The notes: generated by a model from the sequence alone, not told the origin. A stretch of 63,948 nt of DNA, filler included, from Squatina squatina (GCA_031763465.1; 4 parts of 4 records of this genome joined end to end with filler, not necessarily neighbours in it), one strand, 5' to 3'; positions 50,249-63,948 are shown, counted from the whole stretch's first letter. Program-made: numbers and translations.

Positions 50249-53006
50249 AAGAGAAAAGAGGAGGGCCTCATTCCGCGCTTGCCTTGTCTCGTAGAAAAAT
50301 TTTCCCGAATTCTACACTTTTTTGCCGAGGTAAGCGCCAGGCGCTAATAGGACGCTTTTCTCCACTTTTGTGCTGGGAACGGGGAGGCAAGGGAATTTCG
50401 ACCCCATACACTTTTAAAATCAACTAAAATGCCTTGCTACACAGGAGCAAATCTACACATAAATCTTGACTGAAGTATTAGCTTTAATTGTGACTCCTCC
50501 TGCCAAAAGTTCCCTGACCATGGCTTACCAAAGTGCTAACTCCTCCAACTAGGTTCGTCCTGAGAGGCAATGAAAAATAGTCACTTCAATCATAATGATG
50601 TTCTTGGCTTCCACTGACCACAGATGCCAATTACACATCTTCTAATTCCACAGCTACTATTTCTATGCAGCAATATATACAGATTCTGACTATTAAGTTA
50701 TGAGACTTAAACTGAAAGGTAGGGTTCTGACTAAAGTGTCAATTTTTGCTCGATCCAATCTGTATGTTCTAGTGCTTTTAGACTAAGGACTTAGAGAAAG
50801 GAAGAAAGAACTTGCATTTATATAGAGCCTTTCTTTATCTCAGGACATCCCAAAGTGCTGTACAGCCAATGAAGTGCTTGCTGATTATTGTAGTGTGAAC
50901 TGTTTCATTACAAAAGAAATAATCCTCTCACTTTTTGACTATTTTCTGAGATGGTACGCAACATAATTACCAGCTTGAAGGCTTTGTTTCGGCTTTCTTA
51001 GCAGGTTTGAAAAATCTGAACTTCAGGATGGATTCACATGAATCCAAACAAATCCAAGTTGAAACTTATTTTGAGGCAACTAGAATGTAGTGGAACAACT
51101 GAATACAAGGAGAACTAAAAGACTAATTGGGTAGCTCTCTCAAAGAGGCTCAATGGGCCGATTGGCCTCCTTCTGTGCCGTATGATTCTAAGATTGGAAA
51201 TACATTAGAAACAGGGTATGGAATATCAAATTATATTATGGTCCCTTCAACTCTGGAATCTGGATTTGACTCCATGCGAAACCGGCAGGATCAAGATCTG
51301 TTTCTGAAGGTTTGTAATTATTTTCAGAAAGGAGAGCTTGGGCAGTCTGTAATTTTGATTTTGCTGCCATAACATTAAGTTGTCTTTACAACTCTGATAC
51401 CAAGCACTAGAAATTTAAAGGAACATTTTTAATGGAAGACTATGTTGACATAAAAATTAGAATATGTGAACACCTGAAGAGTTCAACAGGTTAATACCAC
51501 CACACTGTGCAAAGTGTAGATTGTAGGGCAAACTAAAATTTATGGAGCTTTAAGTACGACAGCAGGAACTTTAAGTGCTGGAGTAGCTAATACCTCACAC
51601 AAAGTCTGAAGCATGTTAGTTTTATAGTTATTGACCTGGGGTGAATTGCAATGTCTGTCCTGCTGAATTATATTGCTCAACTACGCGATTGAAGAATGAA
51701 CAGTGACCTTGATAGCAACAGTTAGAAATGAGTGAACTATGAATTTTTCCCTTTGTTAAAATGAACCCAATTGCAGTGATGAAAAACAGCTGAATGGGGA
51801 CATGACCCATTTATAATTCTGGTTCGTGTTTCTGAATTGGATGAGAATCCCAGTGCATCAAGACAACTTAAAAGGCTCAAAGGCTTTGCTGTTGACTAGA
51901 ATAGCTTTTGGTACTCATATCATTGGGTGCATGGCCAACACTTTCAATTAGGATTTTAGAGGAGATTTGCATCCCATTTAACACTTAATTTCAGTTGATT
52001 TCATAAAAAAATCTGTAATTTTTATGCGTTTTGTGATTACTGAGTTAATAACAAGTAATTAAAAACAAATGGAACCTCATTAGTAGCATCATTGATTATC
52101 TCCACGCAGCTTGAAGATATGTGGTGTTGAGCTGAATCTGCCTTCTGGATATATTCTAGCACTGTTCAAACACTGCTGATTAACTTTAATGGTGTTAAAA
52201 TAATATACAGTTGTATGATTTTCTTGTTGAATTTTGAAACCCAGCAGTGCTTCCGACATTGTGGCTGCACTGAGTTACTATTGTGTGTGTCTGGATGTCA
52301 GGTGGATTTTCAAAAAGGCGAACTTTCATCAAAAAGTCAGCCTGAAACCAATTATTTCAAAACACAGTGGCGGAGAAATTTGACAGCACGGCGCCCATTC
52401 TTTTCAGGCACAAAATGGCCTTCTAAGCCATCAGGAGAACACAGAGGTCTGCCATCCACTATTTTCCACCCCCCACCTGATCGGCACCACTATATCCCGT
52501 GCTCCCCCCAGCCCAACCCACTGCCACTGCCGCTGGTACCCCACCCAATACCTCATCTCTAGGCCATTGCTGCTGTCCAACCCAATCATCACCTCTCTAC
52601 TCAGTTGCCGACCCCCCTACCAGTCACCCACCTGCATCACTTACCTGAGCACTGCCTAGGAGTTGCAGCGGCAAGATCTTCAAACCCACCTCAACAGCAA
52701 CCTGCCTGTTGTTCACGGGCTCGATAGAAATGAGGGCTGAGCCCCAATATTGGGAACATCTAATGCCCCACCATTCAGGCGCAATGATTGTATCTGGCCC
52801 CTCTCCTTCACCCTCAAAAATGGGTACAGCCAAATATTTGGAATATAATTATATACTAAAAAAAGATACATGGGAATTATGAATAGTCAAACCGACAGGA
52901 CGGAAANNNNNNNNNNNNNNNNNNNNNNNNNNNNNNNNNNNNNNNNNNNNNNNNNNNNNNNNNNNNNNNNNNNNNNNNNNNNNNNNNNNNNNNNNNNNNN
53001 NNNNNN

Positions 53007-53150
53007 CATTCAAGACGGAGAGCGATAGATTTTTAGATATTAAGGGAATCAAGGGATATGGGGATAGGGCAGGAAAATGGCATTGATGTAGAAGATCAGC
53101 AGGCTCGAGGGGCCGAATGGCCTACTCCTGCTCCGACTTCTTGTATTCTT
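53007..53150 (+). mobile_element. CR1/HER1 LINE 3' end
   Basis: Near-identical to 43090-43255. Confidence 0.8.
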
Positions 53151-53219
53151 TTAGATGCATGTGGAAAAAAATATATATATTTTGATTCGCAGGTTCAATT
53201 CTAGGCCTGTGCTGAGAAG

Positions 53220-53432
53220 GAAAGATTTGCATTTATATAGAATATTTCAGGATCTCAGGACATCCTGAAGCATGTTAAAAACAGTTAAATGTTTTTGAAG
53301 TGTACTCACTGTTGTAATGTAGGACACAGAATAAATAAATTAAGCACAGCAAGGTCCCACAAACAACAATGAGTTAATGACTGGATCATCTGTTTTTGTG
53401 ATGTTGGTTAAGGAATAAATATTGCTCAGGAC
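53220..53432 (-). mobile_element. SacSINE1-like SINE 3' half
   Basis: TTGCATTTATATAG..CAGGACATCC..GCACAGCAAGGTCCCACAAACA. Confidence 0.75.
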
Positions 53433-53434
53433 AA

Positions 53435-53775
53435 TTGTCACCCTTGTATTCCAATCCGTCCATGGTCTCACACCTCCCTAGCTCTGCAACCTCCTCCAGC
53501 CTTGCAACTCTCCAAGAACCTGCGCTCCTCCAGTTCTGGCCTCTTGCGCATCCCCGATTTTAATCATTCCACCATTGGCAGCAGCGTCTTCAGCTGCTCT
53601 GGAATTCCCTCCCTAAGGTGCTACATCTCTCTACTCCTCTAAGATGCTCCTTAAAACCTGCCTCGTCACCTTTCCTAATTCCACCTATGTGGCTCAGTGT
53701 CAAACTTTGAGTCATTGTGCTTTTGTGATGCTCCTTGGGACGTTTTCCAATATTAAATTTGCTATTTAAATAAAT
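53435..53775 (+). mobile_element. L2 LINE 3' end
   Basis: CTGCGCTCCTCC..CTCTGGAATTCCCTCCC..CTCCTTAAAACC..CTTGGGACGTTTT tail. A reverse copy lies at about 43840-43945. Confidence 0.7.
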
Positions 53776-56700
53776 ATCTTCTGTACTTCCAGATGTTTTT
53801 ATAAACATTCCTAATTTCATATTTCACAGAACATCTTTCTGGTTGATGCAGTTTTAATGAAAGCAGATTTGTGGGTGTAAAACCAGGCGTTCAGTTAGGC
53901 CTCAATAGACCGAATCTTGATATACTTCAGCATTAAGATCAGTCTCATTTGAATTCAGTGTGCATGCTCCAGAATAGGGCTCCCTGTATCAAAGGCTAAA
54001 ATTATGCAGGTTCTCACTGAATTGTTGTATTGAATCTCTACACATCAGGAGAATACAGGCCATTAGTTGCATGTATGGACTTGGCAGTTTGAATGAATGT
54101 TAGGTAATTCAAATGGGGGTTGTGGGGACCTTTTGTCTCAGTTGTTGAGAAGATATTGTTGCAGGCAATGAAAATGGAGCTGTTGTGAATTCCGCTCCAT
54201 CTTTCCAAGCAGTACCTTTCATTTTGGGGGCTATAATAGTCTGATTATGTGAGATTGAAAAGACATTTACAACCTAAGAGCACAGTTCAGTGTTCCGACA
54301 TCTAGCCAACTCCTGCCTGAACACTAGTGAATACAAATACTCGGAATGCACAAAGGCAGTCTTGTACTCACCTTTTCTTCCATTATGAATTCTGTTGACA
54401 ATGCAGATAAAGACTCATACAATGGAAGGTAAAACATATACTGAAGTAAATAATATTTGAAAGCCTGAAAAATAGTAAATGGATTAAGTCACGGAGTGCA
54501 AGAAAATCAAAGCTTTATTGTTCCCCAAATCAAAAAAAAAACACAAATAACTAGCAAAGTTGGGAAGTAATGGGAGGATCGAAGTTGCGGGCAAATGATA
54601 TGACTAATGATGTCTTGAGCAACATTGATGCTTAAAATATTTTGAGCTTTAATTTTGTGATCCACTAAATGCAGGAAGTTGGGCTGTTGAAGAAGCTGTG
54701 TTGTCCCAGGCTGCTTATTATTTGTGGTATGGATTCTAATAGAAGCCTGACCAAAAGTTTGTCTTTGTTAAAACTTGCCCCCATGGTTCATAGCTGCAAT
54801 GAAAAATGCCAAAACACCACAGAAAGGCAGCAGCCCACGCTCCAGACTCTTAGATGTTATGAAAGAACAGGTGTTAATTGAAAGATCATTAGTCAGAGCT
54901 TCATCTTGAAAATCGGTAGAGCAAAAGCAAAGATCGATCAGCANNNNNNNNNNNNNNNNNNNNNNNNNNNNNNNNNNNNNNNNNNNNNNNNNNNNNNNNN
55001 NNNNNNNNNNNNNNNNNNNNNNNNNNNNNNNNNNNNNNNNNNNTTTTTAAGAATTATGGAAGTAAATCTGTTCTATAATAACCAAAACCAAAGTTTATTT
55101 CATTCAGAAAATATCCTCAATGCTCCTACAAATCTGTGCTTTAAAAAAAAATCTGATCCCTTCTGTAACCACGCTTTCTTCTTTAGTGTGGAAGGTAAGA
55201 TAATTCATCTCATGCACTTTTTCAGTGGTAATGCTGCTCTTTCAAGGAGCCACTGGAAGGTGCCCTCGAGCAGTGTATGAAGGGACAGTTCTCCCTTCTC
55301 TCACTTAAACAGTTATTCTCTCCTTCTTGCCGACTGGCCTTGCCGGAACTGGTCCAAGGCATATATCTAGCTTTATGTTGTGATATTCAGTGCAGCCTTC
55401 TTGATTCAAATGTGCAGCTGTTCATGTTATCTGTCTAACTTTATGATTTTCTTTAAATAAAATCCTCATTTGATTCTAGATAAATCTCTTCTATTGAGTG
55501 TATAATGATAAGATTTGAAAGTGTTGTTCTTGTCTGCTAAGAAGTACCAAATGTCAATATATATATATTGCAACATATAACACTGGGAAAATGAAAATGA
55601 TGTTACACTCTTCTGGAATTAAGTGATCAGAAGTCGCTCCCCAAAACAGTTATGTTCACCCATCTGATGCTTGAAGATGTCTTTAAAATGCAGCACAAAT
55701 GTTCACACTACAGATCTGTCCTAATACAAATTTAGCCCAATGATAAACATGTTTGAATCTGAATTAACTTTGGGGGAGAGGAGAGAGGCAGACAGACAGA
55801 GGCGGAGTCAAAGAAAGAAATATAAATTAATTTAATTGTTACAGAAACTTACCTGCCTTGAAAACTTTGCGACATTTCCAAAACACTNNNNNNNNNNNNN
55901 NNNNNNNNNNNNNNNNNNNNNNNNNNNNNNNNNNNNNNNNNNNNNNNNNNNNNNNNNNNNNNNNNNNNNNNNNNNNNNNNNNNNNNNGTACACAGGAAAT
56001 ATAACTGGAGGTAAGTTTTACCTGGGGGGGCTGATGGGCAGGGAGGGGCGTAGTGTACAGCGTAACACCCTACAAGTGTCAGCAATTATTGAACAGCACA
56101 GATTAAAATCTTTGGATTGCTAATTGCTTTTGATTTCTGGCAACTTTAGGGCTACCAACAGAACACAGCTGATGTGCACCAACAACTAGATGGCGCAATG
56201 TAACAGTTTTTAACAGAGAGAAAAGCAGACAGGATGTCATGTGACAGTAGCATATGTACCCCGATTGCAGGGGCATACCATTTGAGAGCACTAGTTATCC
56301 CATCAAGGACAGACATGATTTGTAATGCTTTCCGGCAATGTGGAAATATGCAGAGCACTTTGAACGAGGGTCTAAAAGAAAAATAAATGGCAAGATGAAA
56401 GTGATTCATTTTTGTCCACAGCTGTTATGAGAATTTCAGTTGACATTAACCTCCCGCAGAACTCCGACAAAATGGCAGGTGCTGGATTTTGTAAGATCAT
56501 TGCTGACAATGTCTTCTTTCAGCGCTAGCATTTTTTAGCTGAAGTGAACATTATGCAAACAGGTATTGATAGGGACTGAACATCACTTTCATATGTACTA
56601 ATTAATAGAGTTGTCAAGCCTGAGCCAGCTCATAGAACTTTGCGGCAAGCTCTTGTGCGTTAAGCACAGCAGAATCTTTTAAAACCAAAGGAGGTCAGAA

Positions 56701-58085
56701 TTTCAAACAAACAGTGTATAAATGAAGGCAAAAGGTTATCACACTAAAGTAAATTTAGAGAGAATGCAATCTCAACTCTTCTAGAATAACCTTGTGCATT
56801 CATTCAAGACTACCAATAAAAATTACAGGCAGATTCTTTGCCCAGTGACTGCGTATGTTTACTTCATACTGTTCAAAAACGCATAAGGAGATTGTTCCTT
56901 CATACTTCATCTCTCTGTCTCTACAAACTACTCACAACCACAAGAATGTGGCTTCTATGGAGACAAACCCCAGATTCTAGAGGACAAGAATTGCCAATTC
57001 ATCAGTGATACGACAGGGGGCTCAGTGTTTGCTGCTGTATAAATCAGCACAGTAAAGAGAACGAGATCAAAGACTGAAATTTATCAGAGATAACTGCATT
57101 ATTTATTTTTACTTCTTGTGAATGGTGAGTCTGAGGCCAATAGTCCAATGCAAAATATCAAGGCCCTGAAATCATCACTGTAGAAATATCTTGACATTAT
57201 CGCACTCACAGCTTGCTTTTGTAAAGCAACCACTTGCCCTGAGTGACTTAAAACATAGGTGTCTCAAAGGAAACATTACTGTGAGTTAAATAAATGGACA
57301 GAGAAGCAGAGACATAAAGAAAGAGAAAATAAATGAAAATGTATAACTGGATAAAACATACTTTTATCAGCAAGGTGATTTATTTTTGCCTGTAAGAAGT
57401 GTATTCTTCAAATAAATTGCTGTTCTAAATGATATATTGTCTGGTAAGTAAATGATGGCTAATGGTGCTATCTTTATTGCTTACACTATTAGCTTGTATA
57501 ATTAAGGCTATACTTAAGTTTTTTTTGACAGTCTAGAACTACAGTCTCAGCGGGCCCTAAAAGGACAAGTGATTACCATTAAAATGGATATATTGTCAGT
57601 AAACATTCTGTCGTGCACCAAGCATTTTGTTTTTGCCTTCTACTTTCATTTGGAATCAAATAAATGCGGCATTTCATTTCTCTAATAATGGGTATATTTT
57701 GCTCTTTTAGAAAGATAAGTTTTCTTAAGTGATTTTGATATCTCTACATCGACCAATGAGAATTCTGACTGACAGCCATTTTCCTCTAGCCACATTTGTG
57801 AAACACAAATTCAGTCATGATAATGGAAAGAAATTAACCAATCACAATTCCAATGGAGGGAAAATACTCACCACTGTCATTCCCTCACTTTCCCCCTCAT
57901 AGCCCCCACCATTTCAAGTGGGCTCACCCCTTCTTTGCCCCTCTCAGATTCCTCAAGCTCCAAGCTATCTGTTGATCAGTATGGATTTCAAACGTTCCAG
58001 CTGTGGGATGTGCTATAAAGAGTAAATAGAAGAGAACTATGACAAATATAAAAAGTATAGAAGGGGCGCAAAAAGGGACATTAGG

Positions 58086-58400
58086 TCTGTCTTTCAGAGG
58101 TGATGTTTAACCAAGTCCCTGCCCACCCGATCAGGTGGATGTAAAATATCCAATGACAATATTCGAAGAAGAGCAGAGTTGTCTCAGTGTCATGACCAGC
58201 ATTGACCCCTTAACCATCGCCTCGAATATACATAGACTGGCCATTCATCTGATATTTTGTTTGTGGGATGTTGCTGTGCCGATGGTGGTTACTGGATTTG
58301 CCTACTTAACAGTGACTACACCTCGGAGGCAATTCACTGGTGGTGAAGCACTTTGAGATGACCTGAACATGTGAAAGGTGCAGTACAAAGGCAAGTATTT
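58086..58400 (+). mobile_element. Older, diverged Deu-domain SINE
   Basis: CAGGTGGATGTAAAATATCC..TTCGAAGAAGAGCAG..TGTTTGTGGGA..CAGTGACTACAC. Confidence 0.7.
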
Positions 58401-58419
58401 TTTTTTCATTTTTGGAAGG

Positions 58420-58801
58420 CCCAGAGGAAATATAAAACATAGTCAACATAAAAAGGAGCAGAGTTTTAATAAGAATGTAAAGAAAAGCCTAGTCAACAGG
58501 GTGGGACCACTTGAAAGTGACAGAATGAGCTTTTATAGGGCAAGATGAAAGAGGAGTACACAAAGAAGATATGATATTGCCACTGCAAGAGATAAAAAGG
58601 CAACTTAATGAAAAAAGTTAATGAAATTAAAAGAAGAAAAGTCACCAAACACAGGTGTTATTCATGTTGGAATACTGAAGACAACTGGGGAAGAGATAAC
58701 AAAACCAAATCCCTTATTTTCCAAAAATCTTTGGAAATAAGAATTATGCTAAAGGACTGCTGGCAAATATTATGCCTCTTCTCCGTAAAGGGGAAATGGA
58801 C
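58420..58801 (+). mobile_element. Highly decayed CR1 ORF2 fragment
   Basis: LIFQKSLE..DCWQI..PLLRKG resembles the CR1 pre-RT region (IFQ.SL..G.VP.DW..ANV.PLFKKG). Confidence 0.55.
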
Positions 58802-61661
58802 NNNNNNNNNNNNNNNNNNNNNNNNNNNNNNNNNNNNNNNNNNNNNNNNNNNNNNNNNNNNNNNNNNNNNNNNNNNNNNNNNNNNNNNNNNNNNNNNNNN
58901 NGGAGGCCGAAGGCTTCCTCGAGGGGTCTGGCGGGAGCACTGCTGCTCCTCCTGGCCCACGAGAAGTGCTGAAAGAGGCACTTAGTTTGTGCAGACACCA
59001 GCTTCCACTTCCGGTTCACTGCCGAGATTCCCAATCACTGGCAAATCTGTGCAGCAACAGTAAATTTTAAATCACAATTGCACTATAGGAGCCCAATTTA
59101 AATATGTTAATTAAGTGCCCCGCCTCTCCACGGCAGGACATTCAGATGCCCCAATACCTACCGCTGTAAAAACGGCGATGGACTCGTGCGTGACGTGTTG
59201 GTTACGCTACACGTATTTCACTTTTCAACCCGCTCCCAACCCTCTCGCGCCTGTCGTGGGGAGAGGGTGGGTGGGGGTTAATATCGAAATCCTAGTTTAC
59301 CATTCAGTAGCTTTCCTGATAACTTATTCCACACGTCTACTTTCATTTGGGGCAAAAGGTTTTGACCAACTGACCTCACTCCCAGCTTCCCAATTTTTAA
59401 ATTTGTGTCCATTGGTATTTGAGCTGCTTCACGGTAATGAACAATTTAACTGGAATCATAATGTGCAACAAACAAAATGTCCAGTCACGTGAGCCAAACA
59501 TGTCCTGGAGCAAACTGCAATTACAATACCCAACTCCAGAAGATAGAGGAGGGAAAGTTAGAGGATGGAATAATGAATCTTTGTGGCTTTAGAATCATGG
59601 TATTGCAAACAAGGTGGAGTTGACTAAGCCAGCAAAGGATTGTGAAACACTTATTTTTAAAGTGTTACTGTAACAAGACTTTGGTTCATAACTGCGATGC
59701 CACACAAAGTGAGTTCTCTGCTCCAGGACATAGGTTATCAAAGATTGGGCTGTGAGTTAACTGCTCTGAGATATCTCTCAGCAGATTGTTCCAAAATCCA
59801 TTCATCCTTGGATAGCAGGAGGAGAAAAAAATTAAAATGGATAAAAGTAAATAGCAATGCTCATGTAGAGAATCGGCACATTTTAATACTTTTGCCTTCA
59901 ACAAAGATGTCAGTAACACAAAGGAGCCAATTCATCATATTTAAATATAGAAACTTATGTGAAAGCTAAAAAATGCATATATGCACAATAATGAAATGAA
60001 AGAGAGAAAGGGTGACAAGCTTTTTTTAAAAACTCTACAGATTGATATGTAATGTTGAACAATCTTTTTCTGCTGTTATTTTAAATTAACAATTTATTTA
60101 CAGACCATCACAGGTTCCTTTCTTTTCAGTTTTTTTAGAGAGACATTTTTTTGGGGCAATGAAGATTACTAGCAGCTGGAGATTGAAATGTTAACCTCTG
60201 AGCTTCTCATGACAGCTAGTAAAGTGGCCAAAACTCAGCATATTCCGGTATCACGCATATAATCAGGGCATGAGGAGGAAATCTGGGAAATGATTACCCT
60301 CTTTACCCTTACTTTTCAACAGATAATTTTTTGCCTTGATACAAACCAGCAAAGCAGACGCAGTACAGAAAAGCTTTAATCTTCAGTGTCCCCGGCACCA
60401 TACCTGTATAAAATCACGAGTAAGGGGGAAAAAAACATGCACATTCATCTTCTTTAGAAATGACTGAATTCCATACATAATCAGATTATTTACTAAGCAT
60501 CTGAAGCCCTTTCATCATAAGTCTTCAACTGAGAAAGAGGATCCCTTCTGGATACAGTCCTTGACACTGCTTAAAGAGAAGGTGCCATTGTTCACCAGGT
60601 AAAAATTAAGGACATATTTCAGCTGTTGAAGGATTTGATCAGTAATCCAGGGAGCAAACTGCATAATGTCTGTTCAGTCTGAATGTTATTTATTAGAATC
60701 ATATTGCCACACAATTGGAGAGAACATAAATGCAGACCAGAATTAAGTAATAATATGCAATACAACATAAAGATCCACGTTGAATATAAAAATAACCTTT
60801 CCTAGTGCTAAAACCTTATGTCTAAGTGTTAGCGTTATCACTGATAAATGTATTCGTGTCATTTCAGGTTTGGAGAAGACATCCATTACATCAAGCCAAG
60901 TCTTCAGAAATCACTTTGAAGTTTTGTTGGTTGTGCCTTGGCTGGGTAACCAATGGGCNNNNNNNNNNNNNNNNNNNNNNNNNNNNNNNNNNNNNNNNNN
61001 NNNNNNNNNNNNNNNNNNNNNNNNNNNNNNNNNNNNNNNNNNNNNNNNNNNNNNNNNNNNNNNNNNNNNNNNNNNNNNNNNNNNNNNNNNNNNNNNNNNN
61101 NNNNNNNNNNNNNNNNNNNNNNNNNNNNNNNNNNNNNNNNNNNNNNNNNNNNNNNNNNNNNNNNNNNNNNNNNNNNNNNNNNNNNNNNNNNNNNNNNNNN
61201 NNNNNNNNNNNNNNNNNNNNNNNNNNNNNNNNNNNNNNNNNNNNNNNNNNNNNNNNNNNNNNNNNNNNNNNNNNNNNNNNNNNNNNNNNNNNNNNNNNNN
61301 NNNNNNNNNNNNNNNNNNNNNNNNNNNNNNNNNNNNNNNNNNNNNNNNNNNNNNNNNNNNNNNNNNNNNNNNNNNNNNNNNNNNNNNNNNNNNNNNNNNN
61401 NNNNNNNNNNNNNNNNNNNNNNNNNNNNNNNNNNNNNNNNNNNNNNNNNNNNNNNNNNNNNNNNNNNNNNNNNNNNNNNNNNNNNNNNNNNNNNNNNNNN
61501 NNNNNNNNNNNNNNNNNNNNNNNNNNNNNNNNNNNNNNNNNNNNNNNNNNNNNNNNNNNNNNNNNNNNNNNNNNNNNNNNNNNNNNNNNNNNNNNNNNNN
61601 NNNNNNNNNNNNNNNNNNNNNNNNNNNNNNNNNNNNNNNNNNNNNNNNNAGAAGGCTCGCT

Positions 61662-61879
61662 GGCCTGTAATTTGTGGCCAGCGGTGAAGCAAAGGTCTGT
61701 GCCACTGGCCGCAAACAAAGCTGCCCAGCATCAGAGCAGTGAATGACTGACCACAACTTCAGGGTTTCGGCGTTACGATGCGCAAATGCGCTAAGTCTTG
61801 AAGTTGCGGCCACGTTCAAAGGGGTAAAAACAGCAAATACTGTTTGTTCACTGTTATTACCCGCTGCAAATCCCAGGCC
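61662..61879. mobile_element. About 220-bp MITE with TIRs
   Basis: GGCCTGTAATTTG is an imperfect inverse of CAAATCCCAGGCC. The subterminal TTATT...GCAAAT resembles the right end of 17795-18417. Confidence 0.6.
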
Positions 61880-62804
61880 AGTATTTTCACAACTTTGAGC
61901 CTGGAAGAGGATACGAAGCATTGGCTTCTCTCATTACTGTAGGCATTAATGAGAATTAAGCACAACTATCTCCCAGTCAGAGACCTCTGCAGCAAAAGCC
62001 TTTGTAAACAGAAAGTGCAATTAGACTAAGTGGCAGCCAACTGACACCAATGTTCAAATCAAAAGCCCTATTAGCAACCGAATTTGAATCATCACTGGGA
62101 CTTGGTTGTCTTCTGTGGTTCATATGAGGCACGCTGGAGACAATATTTTTTGTTCAAGCCGTTGACATGTTAATAGCGTCACCGGAAGGCCATAAAGGAG
62201 GCTGAAGCAAACATGAATATCAATACATTATTCAAATATAACAATGTGGCATCAACATGAGACTTCAAGAAAGGAATGCATTGTAAAAGGAATTGGATGT
62301 TTTATGGAAATTGCCATTATCTGGGTCCAGTGTTTTCAATGTATAATTTATATAAAACTATGCCTGACATTTGGTGTCTCCAGAAACATACTGATATTTG
62401 AAACATCTGATGCTTTTCATTTCCTATTCTTCAGTAAACATGTTTTGCTCTAGTTCAGTTATTACAAGGATGCCATTTTGTTTACAGTCAGCAGGCAGGT
62501 AAAAGTGTATGGACAACAATTCAAATCATATTTAAATGTTTTGGAAAATGGTTCACATGATGTTTTCCAGTTATAAAGGCTGTAGCATTTGAATGAGCTC
62601 TGATTGATAAGGTTTATTGGTTCATTGTCCATAAGATGAGGAATGTAAAGAAAAAAAACAGAAAATTCATATTTTAAATTATTTCCCAGTGAGCCTTATT
62701 TTANNNNNNNNNNNNNNNNNNNNNNNNNNNNNNNNNNNNNNNNNNNNNNNNNNNNNNNNNNNNNNNNNNNNNNNNNNNNNNNNNNNNNNNNNNNNNNNNN
62801 NNNA

Positions 62805-63340
62805 AATGAGGAGAAACTTTTTTCACTCAGAGTGTGATGATTCTTTGGAATTCTCTACCCAGCGGGCTGTGGAGGCTCAGTCATTGAGTACATTCAGAAC
62901 AGAGATCGATAGACTTCTAGATATTAAAAGCATCAAGGGATCTGGGGATAGTGCAGGAAATTGATGTTGAGATCGAAGATCAGCCATGATTCTATTGAGC
63001 AGGCTCGAGGGGCCAAATGGACTACCCCTGCTCGTATTTCTTACGTTCTTTTGTTCTTAAGGTGCTTGGTAAAAGAACCTGAGGTGACATGAGGAAAAAT
63101 ATTTTTACAAAATGAGAGGTTAGGATTTGGAATGCACTGCCTGATAGGGTGGTGGAGACAGATTCAATAGGAGCCTTCCAAAGGGAACTGGATAAATATT
63201 TGAAGGAGAAAAAAATCGCAGGGATATGGGGAAAGAGTGGGGGAGTGGGACTAACTGGATTCCTCTTCAAAAGAGATGGCGCAGACTCAATGGGCCGAAT
63301 GGCCTCCTTTTGTGCTGTACTATTCTATGACTCTTTGATT
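62805..63340 (+). mobile_element. Two tandem CR1-type LINE 3' ends
   Basis: MRRNFF..QRAVEAQSLSTFRTEIDRLL plus tail, then VVETDSIGAFQRELDKYLKEK plus GGGCCGAATGGCCTCC tail. Confidence 0.85.
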
Positions 63341-63948
63341 TTGATGATAAAGATCCAATAATCTTGTATACAGCACCTCAAATAAGTAACATATTAGTTA
63401 CATGAACAGGGTACAACTTTCATATGTTTTTATATTACAGTCACCCAGTCTCGCCTTTCATATTGTACATTGTCTTGCATTTGTGCTGGGACTTTGGAGC
63501 TGTTTCTGCTCAGTTTTTATCATTAAAAATGTAAGTGGAGCACCAGCGACTAAAGCAAGGGAGCTTTTAACTGTGATCATTTGTAGTCCATGTGATTATT
63601 TATTTAGTAATTCATATATACTGTGTATCTCGAAGGTGATAGGTGATTATGATCACATTAAGTAGATACTGAAGACTTTTGCAATCTCTACTTTAATGCA
63701 TGCCCCAGTTGCAATTGCAAATAAATAATGGAAATATGTACACAAACACTCCACACTTCAATTGATGATTTCTGAAGCATTTATTATAAAACACCATAAT
63801 ATTTTGCTTTGCCAGAACTGAGGAGTTCAGGACAAGAATATGATGGAGTATGAAATGCAAATGCTCTCAAATTTAAATGATTTTAAAGAAGGCAAATACA
63901 GGAATCTATAAGAGAATTACATTTTCACGTGCTCTTGTTGAGTATTCA

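Noticed and set aside
60780-61921. ORFs of 244-336 aa
   Set aside because: They are almost entirely X residues from a gap of about 690 N.

Overview
This is eukaryotic, vertebrate genomic DNA, almost certainly from a shark or other elasmobranch, judged by its Deu-domain SacSINE1-like SINEs and HER1/CR1-type LINE tails. It comes from a gappy draft assembly. Three identical 100-bp spacers (44 N + TTAATTAATTAA + 44 N at 13257, 27284 and 50149) split the window into four blocks that may not be true neighbours. Block 1 (1-13256) is intronic DNA around one clear minus-strand exon of SLC25A12/Aralar (2242-2384). Block 2 (13357-27283) holds three large minus-strand coiled-coil exons with a phase-consistent junction between the second and third. 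They resemble the poorly characterised vertebrate gene C4orf50, and a likely 3' end lies near 14.8 kb. Blocks 3 and 4 contain no gene I can identify. The rest is repeats: two decayed Harbinger/PIF (HARBI1-like) transposases, many GC-rich palindromic MITE-like elements, a hAT-Blackjack-like end, L2, CR1 and RTE LINE fragments, SINEs and minisatellites. Most ORFs in the supplied track are spurious or span gaps. I find no well-supported new biological system. The best leads are the shark C4orf50-like gene with extra coiled-coil repeats, an 85-nt near-perfect hairpin, and a dense TGTCA motif cluster in the SLC25A12 intron. Protein and repeat-family identifications are from recalled sequence similarity, not from database searches.
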